Source: Actinomycetota bacterium (GTDB lineage: Bacteria; Actinomycetota; UBA4738; HRBIN12). Taken from it: a stretch of 64,000 nt of DNA. Below the pieces are notes generated by a model, which did not search any database, had not been told where the DNA came from, and was given only the letters and a program-made list of their open reading frames with translations. Below are positions 54,936-63,600 of this stretch, one piece after another. The DNA lies in assembly GCA_035711865.1 (NCBI GenBank), contig DASTBT010000129.1, positions 10,343-74,342 of the forward strand, read 5' to 3'. The position numbers were made by a program, and so were the translations under genes. Every line of letters begins with the position of its first letter. The stretch's first letter is position 1.

Positions 54936-56354
54936 TCAGAGCTCGGCGGCCGTCTCGGCCTCGATGGCGGGCTGCTCGGCGGCCGCCTCGACCTCGGTGG
55001 AGGGCTGCTCGGTGGCCGCCTCGGCCTCGGTAGCGGGCTGCTCGGGGGCGGGCTGCTCGAGGGCCTTGCCGCCGCTTCCGGCGTCGCCCCCGCCGTGACC
55101 GCTGCCGCCGCCGGCTCCGCTGCCGCCGCCGGCTCCGCTGCCGCCGCCGGCTCCGCTGCCGCCGCCGGCTCCGCTGCCGCCGCCGGCTCCGCTGCCGCCG
55201 CCGGCTCCGCTGCCGCTCCCGGTTCCGGCGCCGTTGCCACCGTTGCCACCACTGTTGCCACCGCGGTCGAGGCCACTGCCGCCGCCGCCACCCGCATCGC
55301 TGCCGCTGTGGCTGTCTCCGCCGCCGGTGGAGCTTCCGGCGATAATGCCGCCACCACCTTCACCGATGTCGATCGGGTCGACGCCGACTTCCGGTGCGGG
55401 CGGTGGGGCCGGGCTCACGTTTACGGCGAGGCTGATCCCCGGCGTGGTCGGGGCGCCACCTTCGCCGCCGTCGAGGCCGGGCCCGGCCGGCTCCTGCTCG
55501 TTCGGACCGCCTTCGTCGGTTCCATCGCCGGGAGGGGGAGTAGTCGTTTGGCCGGGGGTCTGCGGGCCGGCCGACTGCGACTGTGCGCGATCGATGCCGT
55601 CGACCTGCACGCGGGTGGTCCCCAGGGCGAGTGCGAGCACGATCGCGCTCGCCACCGCCGCGCCGCCGAGAGCCAGGTTCCCGAGCCGCCGGTTCAGGGC
55701 GCTCTGGGCGCCGACCGCTCGCCCACGTGCCGCGGTCGAGCTCGAGATGGCCGTGACCGAGCCGGCTCCCGCGGCAACGGCTGCGTCGGATCGGTCGTCG
55801 CCGACCGGCTCGGCTTCGGGCACGCTCAGGATCAGGTCGTCGCGATCGATGGTCGGCGTCAGCGGCAGGATGACCACCGGAGCGGGCTCCCGGTCGTCGA
55901 TGATCGGTTCGTCGGTCGCCGTCATGCCGCCGAGCAGCATCGCGCGCAACACGTCTGGGTCGTTCGCCGCGTTCTCCAGCAAGGCCGCCCCGCGTCCGGT
56001 CATGGTGGCGCTGGGCTGGCCGGTGAGCCGCGCGACGGTCGGTCCGAGGTCCTGGAGCACCCGTGATGGCTCGACCCGGGCCGCGCCCCCGATCGGCACG
56101 ACGGCGCCCGGCCACACCAGCACGACCTTGGTGTTCGGAGACATGTCGGTGATCATGCCGACGGCGGTGGCTCCGATGCCGTCGTCGAGCACGACCACGT
56201 CGGGGCGGTAGACGGCCATCTGCCGCGCGAGCTCCGCGGTCGTGGCAGCCTCCGCCACGACGTCGTACCCCTCTCCGTCCAGCACGAAGCGAAGCAGGCC
56301 CTTCCGAGTGGATGGGCCCTCCCCGACCACGATGCGGACGCCCCTTGAGCTCAT
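54936..56354 (-). CDS. membrane protein with degenerate receiver-like N-domain, one TM and a Gly/Ser/Pro-rich repeat ectodomain
   Basis: Start taken at ATG 56354 (MSSRGVRIVVGEG...). CheY-like topology with a GE pair in place of the acidic DD pair, while VVVLDD is retained. TM helix LGNLALGGAAVASAIVLALALG. (GAGGGS)x6 and EQP/EAEA repeats at the C-terminus. Confidence 0.7.
   Translation of the reverse strand: MSSRGVRIVVGEGPSTRKGLLRFVLDGEGYDVVAEAATTAELARQMAVYRPDVVVLDDGIGATAVGMITDMSPNTKVVLVWPGAVVPIGGAARVEPSRVLQDLGPTVARLTGQPSATMTGRGAALLENAANDPDVLRAMLLGGMTATDEPIIDDREPAPVVILPLTPTIDRDDLILSVPEAEPVGDDRSDAAVAAGAGSVTAISSSTAARGRAVGAQSALNRRLGNLALGGAAVASAIVLALALGTTRVQVDGIDRAQSQSAGPQTPGQTTTPPPGDGTDEGGPNEQEPAGPGLDGGEGGAPTTPGISLAVNVSPAPPPAPEVGVDPIDIGEGGGGIIAGSSTGGGDSHSGSDAGGGGGSGLDRGGNSGGNGGNGAGTGSGSGAGGGSGAGGGSGAGGGSGAGGGSGAGGGSGAGGGSGHGGGDAGSGGKALEQPAPEQPATEAEAATEQPSTEVEAAAEQPAIEAETAAEL
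55101..55226. repeat. 6 perfect + 1 degenerate copies of an 18-nt in-frame tandem repeat (GCTGCCGCCGCCGGCTCC)
   Basis: Perfect copies start at 55101, 55119, 55137, 55155, 55173 and 55191. A degenerate copy lies at 55209-55226. On the minus strand they encode GAGGGS units. Confidence 0.9.
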
Positions 56355-56641
56355 GCGTTCGCTGTCCCCTGTTCGGCCCCCATATCCCTTGGGAGCGTAC
56401 CGCATGGTCTCACGAGAACGCTGCTGCCATGCGGCGGAAAACCGACTGGCCCGAGCGAGCTAGTTCCTTTGCCGAGTGTCATCGGTCCTCCCCCTAAGAC
56501 TCGGCCGGCGGCGCCGCCAACTTGACCCCACCGGCAGACATTCTGCGGTGGGCGACTCAGGCCTCGACGATCGACCTTTGAGGGAAGAGATGATGTGGCG
56601 CATCGATCCTGACCGAGCTGTCGGCGTCGACGGGTCGAACC

Positions 56642-57556
56642 TCAGGGGAGCGAACCGCTGACATCGAGGGTGGCGGCGGCCCTCGGGAATCCCGGGCAGC
56701 GGAACGAGACCGAGACCGAACCTTCGAATCCCGTCACGGTCCAGTCGGTGTCCACCACCTCGACCTCGGTCGTCGTGAGATCGACGTCGATCGGAGCCGG
56801 CGCCTTGTCGCCCCGACCACAACGGGCCGGCACACCGTCGACCGTGCCCTCCCATCCCGACCCTGCGGGCACGATGTCGCCGTCGAGGCCCGCCCACGCC
56901 GACGGGCAGCCCCCTTCGTCGGGCCCGCATGCCGATCGGAACGACCAGCGATCGTCTGCGCTCTTCCCCCGCCGGGGATCCTCGATGCCGAATGCAGCTC
57001 CGATCGACCGTGCCCGCCGGACCGTCAACTCCACCTCGTACACGCCGTTGAGATGGGCCTCGTCGTCGGGCGGCGTGGGCACCGTGACCGGGGTCGCCGC
57101 GGACGGCGGCGAATCACCCTCGCTGCTCAAGGCGATGACCTGGTAGTCGTACTCCTGTCCGATCGTCACGTCCTCGTCGACGAACGAGAGCGTCGACCGG
57201 TGGATCACCGGATCGAGCGGGGCACCGTCGCGCATCAGCCGGTACCCGTTCGCCGCCGCGCCGGTCTCCGGCGGGGTCCATCGCAGCGAGACCGTCGCGT
57301 CGATGCGCTCGCATGGATCGGTGCAGATCGTGGGCGTCGCTTCGAGCGCGACCGGGGCAGACGGGGGGCCAGGTGAACGGGTCGTCCACAAGATCGCTGC
57401 AGCGACCACGAGGAGGGCCCCCAACGCGAGCCCGATCGCGAGCCGCCGGTCGCTCCGTTCCGGCGTGTCCGGGATGGCCACGCTGTCGGGATACGGAGCT
57501 TCAGGTTCGGGGGAGCTGGACGGGGGGGATTGAGGCTGCTCGGGATCCATGGGCAT
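56642..57556 (-). CDS. single-pass membrane protein with fibronectin type III domain and Cys-containing C-terminal domain
   Basis: ATG at 57556 inside ORF 56642..58558. Pro-rich cytoplasmic N-terminus, TM (LAIGLALGALLVVAAAILW), FN3 pattern (SLRWTPPETGAAANGYRLMRDG...GQEYDYQVIALSSEG), then a 4-Cys domain. Confidence 0.7.
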   Translation of the reverse strand: MPMDPEQPQSPPSSSPEPEAPYPDSVAIPDTPERSDRRLAIGLALGALLVVAAAILWTTRSPGPPSAPVALEATPTICTDPCERIDATVSLRWTPPETGAAANGYRLMRDGAPLDPVIHRSTLSFVDEDVTIGQEYDYQVIALSSEGDSPPSAATPVTVPTPPDDEAHLNGVYEVELTVRRARSIGAAFGIEDPRRGKSADDRWSFRSACGPDEGGCPSAWAGLDGDIVPAGSGWEGTVDGVPARCGRGDKAPAPIDVDLTTTEVEVVDTDWTVTGFEGSVSVSFRCPGFPRAAATLDVSGSLP

Positions 57557-57649
57557 CCAGTTCGAAGGGGTGAACGGATGGTACCGATGGGGAGCCGACG
57601 CCGTCGACGCCCGAGCACCGAGCCGATCGACGTCTGGGACCATCGACAC

Positions 57650-59494
57650 ATGGATCGCACCAGCCTGACCCGGACGCTCGTCGATGACGTGCTGCTCGCC
57701 GACGGAGGCACGGGAGCCGCGCTCCTGGCGGCCGGCATGCCCACCTCGGGGTGCGTCGAGGCATGGAACACCGAAGAACCGGATCGTGTCGAGGAGCTGC
57801 ACGGCGCGTTCGTGGCGGCGGGCGCGCGGCTCGTGATCACGAACACGTTCGGCGCCAACCGCGTCCGGCTTGCCCCGCACGGCCTCGGCTCGCGGGTCGC
57901 GGAGCTCAACGAGGCGGGGGTCCTCGCGGCGAGGCGCGCCGGCGCGCACCTGGTCGGGGGATCGATGGGACCGCTGGGCATCAGGTTGGCGCCGTACGGT
58001 CGGCTCAGCCCGGATGAGGCCTTCGATGCCTACCGTGAGCAGGCCGCGGCCCTCGCATCCGCGGGAGTCGACCTGTTCGTGATCGAGACCCAATCGGACC
58101 TGCGGGAGATGGAACAGGCGCTCGCGGCCACCCGTGCGGCGGCATCCGACCTCGCGGTGCTGATCAGCGCGACCTTCACGCGGGACGATCGCACCCCGCT
58201 CGGCTCGACGCCCGAGGAGGTGGCGACGCGGCTCGTCGAGCTCGGCACCGACGCGATCGGCGTGAACTGCGGGGAAGGACCGGCCCAGATGCTGCGGGTG
58301 GTGAAGGCGATGGTGCCGGTCGCGGAGGGCACGCCGTTGGCCGCCCGGCCCAACGCAGGCGGGCCGGCTCGCGCCGCCGGCCGAGTCGTGTATCCGGCGA
58401 CCCCCTCGTACGTCGCGGAGCATGCCGTCGCAGCGGTGGCCGAAGGCGCGACGCTCGTGGGCGGCTGTTGCGGCACGGGTCCGGAGCACACGGCCGCGAT
58501 CGCGCTCGCCTTGCGTGACGGTCGTGCATCGTTCCCTCCCGAACCTCGCGCCTCGCATCCGCCCCGGAGGACGACATCCGCTTCCGTGGGGCCCACGGCC
58601 TTGCAGCGAGCGCTAGCGGATCGGCGATTCGTGATCGCGGTGGAGATGGAGCCGCCGCGCTCGACCAGCGTCGCGATGCTCGTGGCCGCGGCCAGCACCC
58701 TGCGTGACGCGGGCGCCGATGTCGTCGACGTCGCGGATTCGCCGATGGCGAAGATGCGCATGAGCGCCTGGGCGGCGTGCCGCACGATCCAGGAGGAAGC
58801 CGGCATCGAAACCGTGCTGCACTTCCCGACCCGCGGGCGGAACCTGCTTCGGCTCCAGGGGGACCTGCTCGGCGCGCACGCGCTCGGCATCCGGAACGTC
58901 TTCGTCTGCGTGGGTGACCCGGTCGCCATCGGTGAGTACCCGCATTCGTTGAACGACGTCGACGTCACGGCGACCGGCATGCTCGAGCTCGTCACGAGCG
59001 GGTTCAACGAGGGACGCGACCGCCTGGGCTCGACGATCGGCGAGCCGACCTCGTTCTTCGTCGGCGCCGCGGTCTCCCCTGCCGCCATCGCGTTGGATCG
59101 CGAGGTGTGGCTGCTGGAGCGGAAGGTCGATGCGGGTGCGTCGTTCCTGCTCTCGCAGCCCGTGTTCGACGTGGCCCGTCTGCGCGAGCTGCGCGGCGCC
59201 TACCGGCGGACGACCGGCCGAGAGCTCGACGTGCCGCTGATCGCGGGGGTGCTTCCGCTCGTCTCGGCTCGACACGCGGTGTTTCTGCACAACGAGGTTC
59301 CCGGTGTCGTGATCCCCGACGAGGTCCTGTCTCGCGTGGAAGCTGCCGGCGAGGATCCATGGCGGGTCGGGCGTGCGATCGCGCTCGAGCTGATCGACGA
59401 CCTCCGGGCCGAGGGAGCCGCCGGCATCTACCTGATGCCGCAGTTCGGCCGCTACGACATGGCGGCAGACATCGTCGAGGCGGTCAGGGCCTGA
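57650..59494 (+). CDS. bifunctional homocysteine S-methyltransferase / 5,10-methylenetetrahydrofolate reductase
   Basis: ATG at 57650. N-terminal Hcy-binding domain with Zn ligands (GVNCGEG, GGCCGTGPEH). C-terminal MetF-like domain (FVIAVEMEPPR..., LHFPTRGRN, LSQPVFD). Confidence 0.9.
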   Translation: MDRTSLTRTLVDDVLLADGGTGAALLAAGMPTSGCVEAWNTEEPDRVEELHGAFVAAGARLVITNTFGANRVRLAPHGLGSRVAELNEAGVLAARRAGAHLVGGSMGPLGIRLAPYGRLSPDEAFDAYREQAAALASAGVDLFVIETQSDLREMEQALAATRAAASDLAVLISATFTRDDRTPLGSTPEEVATRLVELGTDAIGVNCGEGPAQMLRVVKAMVPVAEGTPLAARPNAGGPARAAGRVVYPATPSYVAEHAVAAVAEGATLVGGCCGTGPEHTAAIALALRDGRASFPPEPRASHPPRRTTSASVGPTALQRALADRRFVIAVEMEPPRSTSVAMLVAAASTLRDAGADVVDVADSPMAKMRMSAWAACRTIQEEAGIETVLHFPTRGRNLLRLQGDLLGAHALGIRNVFVCVGDPVAIGEYPHSLNDVDVTATGMLELVTSGFNEGRDRLGSTIGEPTSFFVGAAVSPAAIALDREVWLLERKVDAGASFLLSQPVFDVARLRELRGAYRRTTGRELDVPLIAGVLPLVSARHAVFLHNEVPGVVIPDEVLSRVEAAGEDPWRVGRAIALELIDDLRAEGAAGIYLMPQFGRYDMAADIVEAVRA

Positions 59495-59556
59495 GTCCCG
59501 TCGCAGCGTTCCGGCGGTCAAGGCGCGACGGGCCGCGGTCGATACCTGGCTCGCCC

Positions 59557-60510
59557 ATGTCGCGCCGATCGATCGTCTTCGTGCTGCTCCTGCTCTCCGT
59601 CGCACCTGTCGGCGTGCCGGGGCCCGCGATCGCGTCCCCGGTTCGATCCGAAGCGAGGTCGGCCGTCGACATCGCCGTGCTCGATGCCAGGATCGAGAAG
59701 GCGCAGGCGCGGGTGGACCGTTGGTACGGAAGGATCGAGCGCTGGTATCGGCGCATCGATCGAGCGGCACGGCGGGTGGAGCGTCTCGAGGAGGCGGGCG
59801 CGAGCTCGTCGACCACCGCGCCGGTCCTGCAGCGGACCGTGTCCCGTCGTCGTCCGCCGGTATCCCCGCTCGAGGAAGCGCAGCGCGACCTTCGCCGTAT
59901 CCTCAAGGACCCGTGGGCTGGCCACGTTCAGGAAGAGCTCGACACGTGGAGCGCGTTCCTCGCCGAGATGGTGCACGCCCGGGAGCGGGCGCTGCGCCCG
60001 GCTCCGGCCGAGGATCGCACCCCCCGCGACGAAGGAGGCGAGCGGCGCGACGACGGAGGGCTGCTGCCCGGCGAGCCGGTCACCTACGAGGGCTGGGCGG
60101 GTGCGTTCCTCCGCAGGCTCGACGCTCCCCGATGCGACGCGAACCTGCTGATCGTCGTGTCGTGGGAGACGGCAGAGTCGACCTCGGCCGCGTTCAATCC
60201 GCTCGCGACCACACGCGACATGCCGGGGGCGACCGACATGAACTCGGTCGGTGTGAAGGACTTCGTCTCGGTCGATCAAGGTCTGGACGCCTCCCGCGAC
60301 ACGCTCCTCCTCGGTGCGGCGTCGTACGGATACGGAGCCATCGTCGACAGCCTGCGCCGATGCCGGCCGGCTTCGTCCACCGCTCGCGCGATCAACGCGT
60401 CGGCATGGTGCCGGGGGTGTGTGGGCGGCGCTTACATCGTGGGGCTCCTGCCGATCGTGCGTACGTCCTACGCGGAGCATTCGGCTCGGCTCGTGTCGAC
60501 CTCGGCGTGA
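59557..60510 (+). CDS. secreted hypothetical protein (coiled-coil N-region, Cys-containing C-domain)
   Basis: ATG at 59557 inside ORF 59107..60510. Signal peptide MSRRSIVFVLLLLSVAPVGVPGPAIA and an Arg/Trp/Tyr periodic segment RVDRWYGRIERWYRRIDRAARRVERLEE. Confidence 0.6.
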   Translation: MSRRSIVFVLLLLSVAPVGVPGPAIASPVRSEARSAVDIAVLDARIEKAQARVDRWYGRIERWYRRIDRAARRVERLEEAGASSSTTAPVLQRTVSRRRPPVSPLEEAQRDLRRILKDPWAGHVQEELDTWSAFLAEMVHARERALRPAPAEDRTPRDEGGERRDDGGLLPGEPVTYEGWAGAFLRRLDAPRCDANLLIVVSWETAESTSAAFNPLATTRDMPGATDMNSVGVKDFVSVDQGLDASRDTLLLGAASYGYGAIVDSLRRCRPASSTARAINASAWCRGCVGGAYIVGLLPIVRTSYAEHSARLVSTSA

Positions 60511-60600
60511 AGGGTGGCCAGGTCGGCGCATCGGCATGTCGAGGTTCCGACGTCTCCGCCGATGGCACGTGACCGTATCGACCTGCGAGAATGACCCTTC

Positions 60601-63600
60601 GTGGACGCGCATCCCGAGATCGCCGTGGTCCCCATGCCGGGTGAGCCACCCGCCGTGATCCCGGCCCTGCTCGAGACGATCGAGCGCGGTGTCGAGCCCG
60701 AGCGCCGCGACGCCATCACGACGTTCGCCAAGGCGCTCCTCCGAAGGCTCTCGTCCGACGAACTCGAGGAAGCCGGCGTCGACGCCCTGTTCGGTTTGGT
60801 CCGATCGACGTTCGAGTTCATCGACCAGCGCGGCACGAAGGCCTCGCTCGTGCGGGTCTATGACCCCACCGTCGAGAGTGACGGCTTCGAGACCGTCGGC
60901 ACGGTGATCCAGACGAACACCGACGACTCCCCGTTCCTCGTGGACTCGGTGCAGGAGGAGCTGCTCGCCCGCGGCATGGGGGTTCGCCGGCTGCTGCATC
61001 CGGTCGTGGGAACGATCCGCGACGACCAGGGACGGATCGAGCGGGTGATGTCTGGTCGCGACGCGAGCCATCGGGAATCGGTGATGCATTTCGAAGTCGA
61101 TCGGCCGCTCTCGGCCGCCGAGCGCGGCGATCTGGAGCGCCGGATCACAACGATCCTGCACGACGTCCGTCTCGCCGTGCGCGACTTCGAACCGATGCAG
61201 GAGCGCGTGCGCCACATGATCGAGCTCGCGCGGACCGCCGCGATCCGGTATCCGCCTCAGGAGGTCGGGGAGGCCATCGACTTCCTCGAGTGGCTCGCAG
61301 AGCTGAACTTCGTGTTGCTCGGCTACCGCGAGTACGAGCTCGTCGACATCGACGGTCGGTCGCGGGCGGGTATCCGCGCCGTGCCCGGCAGCGGGCTCGG
61401 CATCCTGAGCGACGTGGCGCGCTCGGCGTTCGCGGAGGTCACGCCCCTCGCGGATCTCGACGAGGTCGTGAGGGCACGGATCGAGGGCGGGGACCTGCTG
61501 GTCTTCTCGAAGACGAACGCCTACTCCACGGTGCACCGCCGCGCTCGCATGGACTACATCGGCGTGCGGATCATCGACGCCGACGGCGAGATCACCGGCG
61601 AGGCGCGGCTGATCGGCCTGTTCACGTCGAAGGCGTACATGGAGCCGGCAGCCAAGACGCCGCTGTTGCATCACAAGCTCGAGCAGATCGTCGCCGCCGA
61701 GGACCTGATCCCGGGGTCCCACGATTACAAGGAAGCGGTCGAGCTGTTCGAATCGTTCCCGAAGGACGAGCTCTTCCAGGCCTCCGCCGACGAGCTGCGC
61801 GGGCTGGTCGTGGGGTTGCTGCAGCTCGAGAAGCACGGAGGCATCCGTGTGCTCGTTCGTCGCGATCTCTACGGACGCAGCGTTTCGATCGTGGTCGCAC
61901 TGCCCCGTGATCGGTTCAACGCGGCGCTGCGCAAGCGGCTGCAGCAGTACTTCCTGGAGCAGTTCCACGGCACGTCCGTGGACTACCACCTCTCGTTGGG
62001 TGAGACGGAGTCGGCGCGCATCTTCTTCACGGTGCACGTCGGATCGGGCACGCAGATCCCCGAGGTGCCCTACGAGCGTCTCGAGCAGGGGGTGGAGCGG
62101 CTGGCGAGGAGCTGGGACGACGATCTGCTCGACGCGCTGGTGGAGCGTGTCGGACCCGAGCGAGCCCCGACCCTTGCCGAGGAGTATTCGCCGCGGTTCC
62201 CCAGCTACTACAAGGCCTCGGACGAGTGGGGATTGATCGTCGACGACGTGCTCGCCCTCGAGGAGCTGCGGTCCAGCCCCGAGGGGTTCCTCGTGGGCAT
62301 CGGCAACGAGACCAAAGGAGAGCGGCTCACGCGGGTACGGCTGTACAAGACCGGAGGGAAGGTCGACCTCTCGGCCTTCATGCCGATCCTCGAGGCGCTC
62401 GGCCTGCGTGCGGTGGAAGAGATCCCGACCCAGGTGGTGGGGGAGGGGAAGACCTACATCCACGACTTCGGCGTGCTGGACTCCCGCGGCGCCGTTCTCG
62501 ATCTCGGCAAGGAAGCCGAGCACGTCGCGGCGACGATCGCGGCGGTCTGGCGCGGGGAGGCCGAGTCGGACTCGCTCAACCGCCTGGTCACGCTCTCCGA
62601 CCTCGACTGGCAGCAGGTCCACGTCTTGCGCGCACTCCGCAGGTACCGGATGCGCGTGTCCTCGCGCTTCACCGAGGAGTACCGCAACGACGCGATGGCC
62701 GCGAACCCGCACATCGCGGCGGGCATCGTGGACCTGTTCGAGGCGAAGTTCGATCCGAAGCGCGCCGCTTCCGATGAGGAGATCGACGAGATCCGCCAGT
62801 CGATCCACGCGGACCTGCGCGACGTGGACTCCCTCGACCAGGACAACATCCTGCGCAGCCTGCTGGGCACGGTCGAGGCGATCGTGCGGACCAACGCGTA
62901 CCTGCCGGAGCGCACCTCGCTCAGCTTCAAGCTGCGCTCGGCGCGTGTGCCCGAGATGCCCAAGCCGCATCCCTTGTTCGAGATCTTCGTCTACTCGCCG
63001 CACATGGAGGCGATCCACCTGCGGGCCGGGCTGATCGCCCGCGGAGGCATACGGTGGTCGGACCGTAAAGAGGACTATCGCACCGAGGTTCTGGGCCTGA
63101 TGAAAGCTCAGAAGGTGAAGAACGCGGTGATCGTCCCCGACGGCTCGAAAGGCGGCTTCATCTTGCGGCGGACGCCGACCTCGCGTGAGGAGCTCGAGGC
63201 CGAGGTGTCGGCGAGGTACGTGATGTTCATGCAGGGCATGCTGGACATCACCGACAACCGGGTCGACGGCGCGGTCGTGCATCCCGAACATGTCCGGATC
63301 CACGACGGCGAGGACTCGTACCTGGTCGTCGCCGCCGACAAGGGCACCGCCAGGTTCAGCGACACCGCGAACGCGGTCAGCCTCGACTACGGGTTCTGGC
63401 TCGGTGACGCGTTCGCGAGCGGGGGGTCGCAGGGGTACGACCACAAGGCCCTCGGCATCACCGCGAGAGGGGCATGGGAATCGGTCAAGCGCCACTTCCG
63501 CGAGATCGGGATCGACGTGATGGCAGAGCCGTTCACCGTCGTGGGCATCGGCGACATGTCGGGCGACGTCTTCGGCAACGGCATGCTCTACACGCCTCAG

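Noticed and set aside
56355-56405. Upstream in-frame ATG at 56405, which would add MRYAPKGYGGRTGDSER to the pseudo-receiver protein.
   Set aside because: No SD upstream. The 17 extra codons have low G/C at third positions, unlike the rest of the gene. ATG 56354 starts right at the receiver-like beta1 strand. This remains uncertain.
60591-60593. ATG at 60591 as the start of the glutamate dehydrogenase gene.
   Set aside because: It is out of frame with the GDH reading frame. The in-frame codon at 60592-60594 is a TGA stop. In-frame candidates are GTG 60601, GTG 60625 and ATG 60634.
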